A model generated the notes under the pieces. The model had not been told where the DNA came from and did not search any database. It worked only from the letters and a program-made list of their open reading frames with translations. A program made the position numbers and the translations under genes. A stretch of 64,000 nt of DNA from Strigamia acuminata. Taxonomy: Eukaryota. The first letter of the stretch is position 1. Each line of letters starts with the position of its first letter. This document shows, in pieces, positions 23,802 through 36,464 of this stretch. The DNA lies in the NCBI GenBank assembly GCA_949358305.1, contig OX442314.1:20088001-20152000 (forward strand), given 5' to 3'.

Positions 23802-26648
23802 TGAGTATCCAAATCCTAGAGAGGACCTAGTAGAAGACTCTGTCCTAGGTATCCACTTCCTATGATCTAGGATTGGATGGATTTAGCTGCCTAGTGATCC
23901 CATTGGATCACTGGACAGTCCATTCTTCTCACCGAGTATATATTCCAGTACAAGCCGGATATAGCTCGCTCTTGTCCTGTTTTCTGTTTGTTACTTGTTA
24001 CTTGAGCGCTTATTATACTTCACTTGATCCGACAATCCGTTGTAGAAATACTTTGTATTTAGTGTAAGCATCTAGAGTGGGTAGAAGACTCACAGACACA
24101 CTGCCCGCCTCTGTATGCCAACATCCCGTTGTAGAATCATGTAAGTTTACTTGTATTAAGTGTAGATTGTAGATTCTAGAGTGGGGTACAACCCACAGAC
24201 GCACTCCCTCCGCTTCATGCCAACATTCCGTTGTAGAATGCAGAATCTAGAGTGGAGTAAAATTCACAGACGCATTATAATGTAGTATCTAGAGAGAAGC
24301 AATTCACAGACGCATTATGGAATAATCGACGTGGAGTAATTTCTCGGTTATTCTCCCGCCAGCCAGAACCGAGCGGAGTAATTTCCCGGCAATGGATAAC
24401 CTTTCCTGCGAGAAACTTCTGATTCGATTCGTTGTTGGCTGAAGGAACATCTTGATTATTATTTTGATGTTGATTGCACTTGGGGCAAAAATAACTCGGC
24501 GCTATTTTAATTTATTCTTTATTTTTGTAGTTATTTCTTCAATTTAATATCATGATAAATTCTACCGAATTTCTATCTATTTCTATCGAATTTATATGAA
24601 TATTTCTTCGATGTTATGAATTTAATATCATGATAAATTCTATCGAATTTATATGAATATTTATTCAACTTGTTTTCATTGTTACATCTCGCCGTAATTA
24701 TTAAGTTCAATAATTACTAGCGATGCGATGTGTGTGACGATACAGAAAAGTCAACCGCACCTCTCGGACATAATTCACCCAAGCCTAACCATTACACACC
24801 TTTCAGAACCAACCCAAGAATCATGTAAACCCATACTAAGACGACATCTTTTACGTCCCGACAATAAGACCGTTACACATTCTTGTTGTCTGACTGAAAA
24901 CAGCAAGTGATATTATTTCAGGGCTTTTGCCAACCGATTGTATAGTTTAACGTGAAGTTATCCCAGCCATTTGTAGACATAGGTTTTATATAATTTCCAA
25001 CTCGTAATAAACTGTTCTATGATTTGAGAAAACCACAAGCTTCCGTATTTTACACTTTTCGCACGAGTTCCTGCTTTAATTCTCTAGCAATTGTATCTCG
25101 TAAAGTCAATCGTCACAAAATAATGCGCGGGTGCACTATTGGAAGATATACGGTACCTATTGTTAGGAAATTGTTTGCTTTCCTGACAAAGAAACTAATA
25201 AATAGAACAAACATCATTTTTAAATTAAAAAGTGCATAAAAGTTTATTTCCTAAATGGAAATAACATTTTTTAATAAGAATAATCAAAATTATATTAACT
25301 GAAATGGTCATAACAACCACAGAAATAAATAAAAGTCAAAACGACTTCTCCTAGTGGTAGTATACAGTCTGGAGTTAGTAGTAATGAGTATTAGTATTAG
25401 TATTGTCCATGTCCATGTCCCTTCCAGAAAAGGAAGAAGCTGGACAAGCGGGATGTTGAGTGCATATTTATTGGCTACACACCCGGCGAGAAATCATACC
25501 GTTTTTGGTGCCCCGAGAGGCAAACAGTTATAACTTCATCAGGGTTTGCATCCAATTGAGAGAGAAACCCAAAGCGGCGCGTAAGAAAGAACAATAGCGC
25601 TTTTAGGGGGAGTTCTATTAGAATTATTATTGAAAGCTCGATTGTTAACGCGCGCAATATGTATTGTTTGTTTTAGCAACAGCTGTTCTAGTTGTTGTAT
25701 CTGTACAAAAGATAGAGTAAATACCATGTTCGTTTTGTTATTCAATTCAGCATGTGCCTTTTATTCAAGTGTCTACATCTACAAATAGAAGGAACGACCG
25801 ACAGGATTGGCGGAATTGAAGGACAGCGGTGGTGCCGATTTCTCCCATGTGTAAAACTAGTTTAATAGCAATTACACAATTTACAAAGAGTTAGTTTCAC
25901 AAAAAGTGGATTAAAGTTATCAAGATTATCTCAAGAACAAGAAATACAAAATATGTAAAAGTAGGGTTGCGTCCCAGATGTGAATTACACAAAGATATGA
26001 AATGTTTCCCCTTCACACACTAAATACCGTACTCAATATATTTAACAATATTTAAGAAAAACTATTACAAAGTTAAAAACTTCTTGCCACGTATTGTATA
26101 ATTTCTATGACTTGCCATTAAAAGACGACACTAGAAATTAAAAATTGCAGATAAACAAAACAATATTACTGGTGCATTGAAAATTACATAGGGCAGCATG
26201 GGAGCCATTTCAATTGGTGGTCATACCCCACCAGTACCAATCTTACAAATTTGGTGAGGCAAAACAGTTTTATACCCAAAGTTGCCAAATAAAAACCAAT
26301 AAATAAGAGTCTTTGGTAAACTCAATTTATTCACACATTTATACACCTAAAACTTGATTAAGTTTCGTTATTCAGTTATGTCATTCAATTTAATACTTTA
26401 TTCAAGATCTGCAGTCTATTTTGTCCATAACGAATGAAACTAATGTTATTATAATGTTTTCACTATCAATTCTTAACGTAATTTCATTCAGCATATCAGG
26501 AAAAATTTAAACTGGCATTGACTTATTAATGACTTATTAATTTCAGCTGAAATTGATATTCAAATTGAAATTACCCGGACATTTAGAACAAAAGCAAATT
26601 AAATCCAACTTGTTTTAATGTGTAAGATCACATTTGTGAGTTGCCAGA

Positions 26649-28030
26649 ATGTTGAAAACTCTCCCATTTTTTGTGATTGTCGTCATTGTCACATTGGCAA
26701 AAGTAATGATGGTTTCTTTTACTTCATTCTAATTTTTTTCTGTATTATTTTATCCATCTTCTCTTTGCACATTTCATCATTATACTTGTTTAATTGTTTT
26801 TACAGGGTCACCATCATCACCCAACTAAAGGACACAAGAGCAGTAAGAATTTCGGTGTTAAGTACAACCTCTAGCAAAAACTATTCGATTAATCAATCGC
26901 CACAAACAAACAAGAATTTGTTCAATAATTTACACACAAAACATTTCATTCAATTAACGTAATAGAACAAGATAAACGTTACAAACCAGTGGTAATTTTT
27001 TTAAAAAAATAAACAATATTTAAAAATTAGGTATTTTTATGAACCAACCAGAGGGGGAAAAAATGCAATATAACGACAGGAAGAAAATGTTTTGTGCATA
27101 AATTATTATTTAAACTAAAAAAAAAAAAAAAAACATTTTGAATTCGAATCAATGCATGTGATGACTGATTAAACACTTTTTGTCAGGGATTGTATGTTTA
27201 CGCCGTAACTAAACACATGAAGGAACAGTTGCACTCACAAAGTACTGTACATGGATTTATGTTAATGGTTAGTTTGTGAGCATTTTGCATTACGTATATA
27301 GCTCGTTTTCAAAATAGCTACAAAAATTAAATAATTTTGACATGCGGATTCATGTCTTTCTTTTTCTTTTTTTGTAATGAAAAAGTATACAACTACAGTA
27401 ACATACAATTAAAAGGAATGCGTACAGATTCGGACATTTATGTTTATTTGACTTACTGTTAGACTTCTGCGCTGGGAATTATTTCTCGGCATTTAACCAG
27501 TAAGTTACTATTCAACATGGAATAAAATGGATGCCTTGGCTTGACGATGAAGCATATTACACAGCTCACCCTAGTGGAAACACAATTTTTTTTATGAAGC
27601 GCCGTCTTTTAGTTTTCTTGTTTCAGCATAAAAATCAAAGACAACAACTCAAAAAAAAATCATTTTTTGAATGCATCCCGCATCAATTTGATCTAAAACT
27701 ATATTTCAATTTCTATTTCCATTATTTTTCTTATATTTTCATGGTAACTCTAAAGGCGACGATGTTGAGAGACCCAACCACCATCATCACAAACACCACC
27801 ATCGTCATTCCTCAAAAACAGACAAGTATTATAATAAAGCGAATGGAAGAGGAGCAGACGAACCAAATGAACCTGATGTGGCTATGCAAGGAAGACTAGC
27901 AAATGGACCTCTTGTAGGAAGACTAGCAAATGGACCCCTACAAGGAAGACTAGCAAATGGACCTCTTGTAGGAAGACTAGCAAATGGACCTCTTGTAGGA
28001 AGACTAGCAAATGGACCTCTTGTAGGAAGA
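26649..28030 (+). pseudogene. G4: paralog of G3 (exon 1 26649-26702, exon 2 26806-26842, exon 3 ~27735-28030 with 5 GRLANGPL(V/Q) units), truncated
   Basis: MLKTLPFFVIVVIVTLAK; canonical exon 3 acceptor AG mutated; homology ends abruptly at an LTR-like sequence. Confidence 0.75.
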
Positions 28031-28700
28031 GGAATAGTAAGTGGAAAAGGAGGAGGAAGAGGAGGAGGAGGAGGAGGTGGACCTTCTACCATGGGCAATG
28101 GTTAATGTATCTCCTTTTGTATTTACCTTAGTTTTTAGTGTAACCCATATTTCATTGTATTTTACCCACAATACATTTTAATAAAGCAGTTATGTTAAAC
28201 AAACCAACATGGCGCAGACGTACATTAAATTTTCTGCATGAAAAACGAGTTGGCAATCGCAAATTTTGCCTTCTGACAACAATAAATCAGTTGCTGAGTC
28301 GTTGCTACACAGAATTGTAAACTGTTGTGTATCATTTTTCTATGTTCTTTGGTCACATTAGGGATGATAAATGAACAATGCCACTCCTCATGTCCGACTT
28401 TTGTCGAAAGCTCGTCACTGTGGTCAGTCAGGGGTTCGAGGGTATAATGGGTGAATGGGAGGGACCGGGTTGGTCACAGTCACAAAAGAAAAGTGTCACG
28501 CGACAACTTTTCTTTCTATCGGACGTTGATTGCAATCAACGTCCGATAAAGATGCCAAAACAAAATCGTATACAAATAATTCGCAGACGTCTTCCACGCC
28601 GACTACTGGTCACAAGTACAATCCAGACCAGACCTGTTTTCGATGTGGAAAACATGGCCACGTTTCGTATTGTGCGGAGTCGCCGCGAGAGAAAAAGACG
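28021..28700 (+). mobile_element. LTR retrotransposon remnant: LTR-like 28021-28209, PBS TGGCGCAG, gag zinc-knuckle-like CFRCGKHGH
   Basis: TGTAGG...CCAACA with AATAAA, directly followed by TGGCGCAG; degenerate CCHC at ~28635. Confidence 0.55.
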
Positions 28701-28899
28701 ACTAACGCAACTTCATCTACAATTTTGGCGGAGTTTGTTGGGCATTGGTCAATTTGGACCCTGATTGCTCAGCTATTGCTTGATCATGTGTTTATTTGGT
28801 ATATTTTGTTGTTTTAATCATGAGGTATTTTGCGGTTTGTATGATATCAATTGTGAACTATGATGCAGAATCTGCATCTGCATGTTGTTTATTGTATAT

Positions 28900-29552
28900 A
28901 AGGGTGCGGTCGGATAAGATACAATCCGACCCAAACCAAATTCGGATTGAATTGAGTCGGATTCGGATGGTCCGATTTTTTTTGGAATCGGATTGGATAA
29001 TTCAAAATTTTATCCGTACATTCTGGATAGGATTGGGGGAAAAAACAGAAATTGATCCTTATAATCCGCAATTCAAAAAATCAATTTAAATGCATTTTAT
29101 TTTAAATTTTTATGGTTTTTTTTTTTTAACTTTTTCGACGTTTTTTTGGTCAGTTTTGCACGTAATTCATCCGTTTTTAGTCATTTTTGCTCTTTTTAAA
29201 CTTTTTTTGTCATTTTTACACATAATTCATCAGTTTTTGGTCATTTTTAACTTGATTCATCAGTTTTTGGTCATTTTTAACTTGATTCATCAATTTTTGG
29301 TCATTTTTCACTTAATTCATCAATTTTTGGTCATTTTTTCACATACCTTAATTCATCAGTTTGAGACGGTGGACGTTTGGGACTCAATACTATCCGAAAT
29401 CCGCACTCGGTTTGAATTAAATGAGGATAGGATTGGATGGGCCACCATTTTTTTTTGAATAGAATTGGATAATTGATTTATCCATCCAAATTTTTTTGGA
29501 TTAGATCGGATTTTTAAAAAATTTGATTCAAACCGATTCAAACCCACCCTTA
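28900..29552. mobile_element. Probable MITE with TCGGAT/ATCCGA repeats and an internal 30-bp tandem array (~29200-29360)
   Basis: AGGGTG...CACCCT ends and repeated motifs; TSD not clear. Confidence 0.45.
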
Positions 29553-29900
29553 ATTGGACAACAGTGCATTGTGCATAGTTTAGCACAATTTTTCATGTGA
29601 TTGCCAGTAGGTGGCAAGTGTGTCACTTCATTCTTCGCTCTAATTTTTACCAGCCAAGATGGCTGCTTTGTACTCCTCAATAAGGATTGATTTGTAAGTT
29701 AATTTATCTTATTAAATGTTTATTTTATACATTTTATTCAGTTTATTGTCAACCAAGTGGATAGAAGTAATTGACACCTTATGAATATCACGCGAGTGCG
29801 TTTTTCTCGTTAGATGTGAACAAAAATCTTACGAATATTATCGAGCAGCAACCTCATTTTGCACGCAAGTTATTAACATTACATACGACATTTCTACATA

Positions 29901-30460
29901 CAGTGGGGGGCAAAAGTAAGTTTACAAACGCATCGTGTTGATTCTCCCGGCTGTATCTCAGGAAAAAAGAGAGGAGAATTAATGAAATTTTAACTGGATG
30001 CTTGTATAACATCCTACTTTATTCACCTAAAATTTTATCAAAATCTATCCATTAGTTTCTGAGAAAAAAATTTGTTTGTGAAGTGACATCAAAAAGTAAG
30101 AGGCAAAAGTAAGTTTACATACCCATTATCCACAAACAATTAGCCATTCCCATTATAAAATATGCGGCAAATATTAAAATTTATTCATAAACACATGTGT
30201 AGTCACTCATACACTTCATTAAAACATCCAAACCACAAGCAATCCCATTGTGAAACACTGAGCAATTGCCTTGACTTTATGCTTAGAATCATTTTTCTGC
30301 TGAAATATCCATGTCAAAGGCAGTTTATCATCTACAAATGGAAGCATAATAGTCCTCCAATACTTTTTTATAAGTATATTTGTCCATGATACCCTTAATT
30401 TAATGTTGTGGACCGATACCCATATGGAAAAACCATCCCAATAGTAAAATGGCTTGGGGA
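29901..30460 (-). mobile_element. Tc1-like remnant
   Basis: TA|CAGTGGGGGGCAAAAGT terminus; minus-strand LPLTWIFQQKNDSKHK resembles the Tc1 DDE motif WIFQQDNDPKH. Confidence 0.7.
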
Positions 30461-31121
30461 TGGTTTCCTGTATGGATATCGATCCACAACAACAAGGGGG
30501 GGGGGCGCAGCCCCCCCTTGTTAGCTCTTCTTAGGAATTAAACCTAAACTATATGGTTAGGTTAATATTAGTGTTAGTATTAGTGCCGTTTTAGCGACCA
30601 TCACTTTAGCGACCATGTCATTTTAGCGATTTTTGTGTCGCTAAAATGACATGGTCGCTAAAATGGCGTGTCGCTAAAATGAAATCGCTAAAATGAAGTA
30701 CATCCGGGTGATTTAGGATAACCTAACCTAACCCATCCAAAATTTTCCAAAATAAAAAATAATGCTTGTATTTTCTTTATTAAAAATTTAATTTTTTTTT
30801 TTACATGGAACGAAACAAAATTTCAAACCCCCGATCCCCCTTCGTGTGTTACGTAATTTATGGATGGCCCCTTATGAGTAATTAACTAATGAAAGTGATG
30901 TTATACTATGGGGTATTAAACAAATATCGTTTAAAATTTGATTCAGGATATACAGATGAAAGAAATACTAATGCTATTCAAGTTTATTATTAGGAATTTA
31001 AGCATATTTTAACTGCTACTGAAATTAATGTCCATTCCAAATTCCCTTAAACATAGAACAAAAGCACATTAAATCTAAGAGAATTAGTGTGATATTCTAT
31101 CGCATTGCGGGAGTCTACAGG

Positions 31122-34100
31122 ATGTTTAAAAACTTAATTTTAATTTTCTTGGTTGTTTTGTTTGACACAGTGATAAGTGTAATGATTAATTGATTCAATA
31201 TTATTTTTTTAGCTTCTTTTTTCATACTGCGAGCTTGTAATTGTTTTTTTTTTTTGTCAGGGCGAATTCCAATACGCAAAGAAATATCGGCGTAGCAGCC
31301 TTGAACATGAACTGCAGAGTAAGTAAAGAAAATCCAAAACTGACTGCATTCAGTAGACGCATTCATAAAGTCGTATAAGCATTTTTAAACAACATACTTG
31401 TATTTAAACTGTTGTCTCAATCAAACTTCCAAAAATGGCGGCCGATTTATTCTGTTTCAGTTCAGTTGTGGTAGACTTGCGTGCAACATTAAAACAACAA
31501 ACCTGTTTTTAATACATGTTTCAGCATTTCAAACAACATGCTTAAACTGTTTTTAAAAATATTTTTGCAACAATGATACAGAGATAAATCGAGTCTGATT
31601 GGATTCGCCATGCTCAACTTTCTATTCAGCTGGCTAATTTCCATACACGTAAGTATCTGTCACGTTCAAAAAACATTGGGAGTGTTTACACTTTGGACCA
31701 CCCCATATTTATATCAGAATTCACGTTTCACAGAAATAGGGAGTATAGAGGGGGACCAGGAGATCACGTTTCCACTAATCAAAAATTGCAAAAAAAATTA
31801 TTCCGTCACTACCAGCTGTGCATTGATGCACATGGTGGACATGTGCAGTAGAACATATCTCTTGTAATAGACTTCTGCTGTTGGCTACTGATTGTGTGCT
31901 TTTATTGGAGAATTGTGCTTTAACCTGGTAAACGTGAGTGATGTGCGTGTCGCGCGATATTTGAAATCTTCCATTGTTTTTGGGGCTGTGCCTAATTGGG
32001 AAAATTTTTTAAGAATTTTTTATTAGTGGAAACGTGATCTCCTGGTCTCCCTCTATACCCCCTATTTCTGTATAACATGAATTCTGATAAACCCTGAATA
32101 TTTAAAATAACATCAGGAAGCCTACCAAGCACTTATTCGATTTTTGCCCTCTTGCTTTTTTGTAACAATTGTTGTTTGATGTTATTTGTGTTCAATTTGG
32201 ACATGTTGGAAGACTTTATTCTGACTTTAGGAATCTTATGACACAAGAAATTCTTGCTGACAGTGTTGTAATTTTATATTACATTACGATGTGCTTTCCT
32301 GTGACTACGTTTGCTTGATCCAGGAATGTTTGGTAACTGTAGCGCCACAACTGTTTGTAGTACGGTAAATGTAATGCTCGTGTTTTGGGAAATAGGTCTC
32401 AATATGTCAGATGCTCAATATTAACCATAATGCTTCTTGTTACAGTCTGAAGCCCTGTTAAAAGGGGCGTGTCATCTAGTGCAGCGTTTCTCAAACTGTG
32501 GGGCGCAAGCTGATTTTGTCGCCCAAAATTTTCGTTCCCAGATTTTTTTTTCGATTTTTTTTTTTATTCCAATTCCAACTTACTGCTTGTAATTGGTTGC
32601 AACACACCACAGGCTAGCAAAAGCTACAAAATCCTCTAAAATCTTTACAAAACCTCACAAAAATTTCTCAAAATCTACAAAAACCATCTAAAATTCTCCA
32701 AACACCTCCAAAAACCATCTAAAATTCTCCAAAAACCTCCAAAAACCATCTAAAATTCTCCAAAATTCTCCAAAAACCAACCAAAACTCCCAAACATGGA
32801 GGTTTGTAGCTATTGTAATTCCCCAAAGTGATGAATTTTGTAGTAACAATCTGTCGTAGTTCATTTTGAAAAAATTTAATGAACCGACGATGAAGTGTGG
32901 CGCGGATTTATTGTCAGATTGGACATTTTTTTTGGAGTCTGGATAGATTGACGTCACAGTAGATTGAGTCGCCTAGATAAGCGTCCTCGTTCACTTGTCA
33001 GTCGTTGTAGTTTAAATATGTTTTTTTTAAAATGCTGCTTACAAGTTAGTCTAAATTACCTCGTACTTTATGAATGCGGCTACTGTCTATGACCGATTGT
33101 ATCATAATTGTGATAGCTTTTCTGCTATATTAAATATTTTCGACATGTCATTTAATGAGTTCAAACTCGAGCTTTTAAATTTAATCACTGATTGGCATTC
33201 TTGAAGATGTCAACGACTATTTAGACAGACATACACCCCACCATCATCATCACCACAAAAAGTCCTCCCAGCTGGATGATAAAGAACGTCGTGGCAGTGT
33301 GTGGCCGTCACACGTTCCAAAAAGGCCGTTCAAGCACGACGTAAGGCAAATAAAGTCAGAGCCCGACTCTTACAAAGTTCTAAAATAAGTATCATACCCA
33401 TCAGAGTATACATCAACCATCAAGCTACAACAAGAAGCAGAAATCACAAAAGGCACCACTTAAAGTTCACAAAGGATTTCACAATTATGAAAGCCAAAAG
33501 AATAAAACTCGTCCAAATTATGAACAATATGATAATACTTTAGGAAGAGCGTATAATCAAGGCGCTCCAAACATAAGAGCTTACACATCTGCAGATTCAC
33601 GTTCGGATTCGAATTCTGATTCCAAATCAGATGAATTTACTGGTGGTCAAAATCGACAGCAAAAGAAACAACCGCACACAACATTCGGTGCATCAAACAA
33701 GAGGAATGAGCAAATCAGACAACTTCAGAGTTCAGGAGGTGGATTTAACACAAATATCAATCAGAATAATGCGTTCTCTCCTACTGTAGGAAATATGGGA
33801 AGCATAGGCTCTATTGGAGGAGGACCTGCAAAAAAGAAAAGTAAGTGATAAATTCGAGAAAATAGCTTTGGTTGTTGATTAGTCACAGAGCTTAATACTT
33901 ACTCAGATAGAAACTGTAATTTGCTTATAGATAAGTGACACAAACTCAAACTGTTTTTTTTAACTACTCGGTCGAAATATGTGTTGCATATAAATGATTT
34001 CCATTTTAATACTACCTGGAATAGTTTCAACGAATGATAGCGATTGTTGATGCTATAGTAATAGTTCACCATTTTTGAAACCATATTGTACAAATGTTGC

Positions 34101-34975
34101 TTGTGTGTTGGTATTTGTGTGCAAGGCCATTTTAGTTATCACAAGCCAACAATAATTTATGCAATAATTTATGCACAAAACATTTTGTTCACTTAATAGA
34201 ACAAGACAAATGCTACAATCCTATGGAATTTTAAAGGAAAAAATTAAACAAACAGAAAAAAGTCAGTAATTTTTGTTGACTCCCCTGGAAAATAAGTATT
34301 CCATTACAACCAAAAGAAGAAAACGTTTTGTGTAGGCCTATTCAGTTCTTTGTCCAATAGCTGCCAAAAATGGAATGATTGTGTGTGTCTTTCTGTTTTT
34401 GTTTTTGTTAATGAAAAAATACATTACTAACATGCAATTCAAAGAAATGCGTACAAAGATTCCGACATTTACATTTGCTTGACTGTCTATTAGTCCTGTG
34501 CGCTGGACCAAATCGGTCGACGTTTCAACAGTACTTGTAAGTTAAACTTGGAACAAAACGGCTGCCTTGCATTGACGATGCAGCATATTACACGAGAAGC
34601 ACATATTTTAGATTTTAGTTGTCTCAAGCCAAAAAATCAAAGACTAAGACATAAAAAAAAACAGTTTTTGAATACATCTACTTTCAATATTATCTAATAC
34701 TAGATTTTAATCTCCATTTCTATTATTTTTTAGGTTATGGTGGTAACTATAAAGATGATGTAGAGACACCCCACCATCATCATCACAACCACCGCCATCG
34801 TCATTCCTCAAAAACAAAAAAGAATTATGATGAACCACTTTTAGGAAGAGAAATGGGTGGTGGAGAAAACGAAATAGAAAATATATTCGCAAGAACCGCG
34901 CCAAATAAAAATATGATAATGGAAATCCACAAAGGGCAGCCATCAAATTTTGCTATCCCTCCTGGGGTATGGTAA
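31122..34975 (+). CDS. G5: chimeric family gene; exons 31122-31178, 31261-31318, 33207-33340, 33405-33840, 34734-34975
   Basis: MFKNLILIFLVVLFDTVIS|GEFQYAKKYRRSSLEHELQ|..DYLDRHTPHHHHHHKK..|..[17 protein letters not shown]..|..YGGNYKDDVETPHHHHH..PPGVW*; phases compatible; missed by the ORF track. Confidence 0.7.
31712..32088. mobile_element. MITE with ~65-bp imperfect TIRs, in intron 2 of G5
   Basis: TATCAGAATTCACGTTTCACAGAAATAGGG... versus ...CCCTATTTCTGTATAACATGAATTCTGATA. Confidence 0.65.
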
Positions 34976-35259
34976 TTTCGGACTAACTAAACACACAAAA
35001 TAAAAATCGTACTAAATTTAATGAAACACGAATTCTTATTATCTTAATAACACAATCAGAAAAACAAAATAAAACCATCATCTTTTGTTATCCCTGCAGA
35101 TTACTGTTGATTTCGAACTAATTAAACACACAAAATAAAACCTAAATTAATTAAACACAAAAAATCATTATTATCGTAATAACAAAATCAAATCAGAACA
35201 ACAAAATAAATTCTTGTGATCAACACACATTTATTTATAGTTCTTGTTCAGGTTTTGTT

Positions 35260-35375
35260 GCTTTAAATCAAAGTAATTTTGATGTTATATTCTATCACAT
35301 TGTGCGAGCCTCCAGGATGTTTATAAAGTTAATTTTAATTTTATAGATTGTTTTGATTGACATACTCGTATTGTG
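35260..35375 (+). pseudogene. Orphan decayed exon 1 of the family
   Basis: TTAAATCAAAG..CTCCAGGATGTTTATAAAGTTAATTTTAATTTTATAG: MFIKLILIL* with a stop; no exon 2 seen downstream. Confidence 0.6.
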
Positions 35376-36464
35376 CAATTTTTATGATAATTGCTTCATT
35401 TGATTACATATTATCACTATGTTGCAAAAATATAAACACACCATCTACAGTACCATATATCTGCTTTCAGAAGAGTTGGTATTTGGGTCTATTTTTTGGA
35501 TCACTACACCAGTAAATTGGCTTCACCAATGGGATTTAGGACTCTTTTGACACGAACAAGATGCGGTAATCTCGTTTTATTTTTAATTCACTTTGGTTTG
35601 GCAAGTGACAAACTAAAGTCATGTGACGACTAGGGGGCGAAAACTCCCCAAGCACATATCAATATCACCCAAATCTGGCTGGGGTGAGCCACTAATTAAC
35701 TGTTTTGGTGCTACAAATCCCTTTGTTGCACCAAAATGAGCTAATTGCGCAGATTTACTGCGCATATCCGAAGTGCGCCAAGCTTGAATTATCAAACTTG
35801 GCCTACTCTTGAATTCACACTAAAACCAACAACACGCCAATTGCCTAGTACTGATTGTGTTAGCGTTATTTGTGTGATTTGAGATCTCTGCTTTCTTTGC
35901 ACCGTTTGTGCAAAGCCAGCACCCGTTTGCGCCATGTATATTAGCCATTACTAATATACGCACTTGTTGAAGTGATTTAAAGGAGACTCTGTTGTGGGGA
36001 CAACAGAGCATTTACCCGCGATGATACACCGCCACGCAGGAGCCACCGTGAGCCACTCCGGAGTTCCTGTCGCAGCTGTCGTCCGTGTGAGTACTTGGAG
36101 AAGACGATGCCCCGCCATCGCTGTGTGCAACAACGAGCAGTTGTTACAAGCCATTTTCCGTTTCTCGCGGGCAACCATTGTTGCGCGCCTTTCTTTATTT
36201 CCGATTGTAACTTCCCGTATTGATTTAATTCGTATTCATTTCACTGTATTATATTCGATTAAATTATTGTTCATTTGAATCATACTCAAATTGTATTTTA
36301 TCTTAACCCCTAGACATTTAGATTGGCCAGTTTCGAGTGTACGGTAAGTCTTTTATAGCAACTCAACTGGGTTATTTTATCACATTTTGTGTAATTAAAA
36401 CCCGGATCGCAGCAAAGAGTATAGTAGACCTATTGCCCTGGCGCTTAATCAAGCCCAGCACATA

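Larger units (their letters stand above)
17121..25153. mobile_element. 8-kb composite CCGTA-terminal TA-TSD element (Tc2/pogo-like ends)
   Basis: TA|CCGTATATCTTCCAAT...ATTGGAAGATATACGG|TA; the two flanks join as in the uninterrupted repeat at ~55322-55370 (GACATTGTAATTGATTAACTATTGTTAG). Confidence 0.8.

Noticed and set aside
35950..36280. GC-rich ORF cluster
   Set aside because: No motif recognised; probably TE-internal sequence, unsupported.
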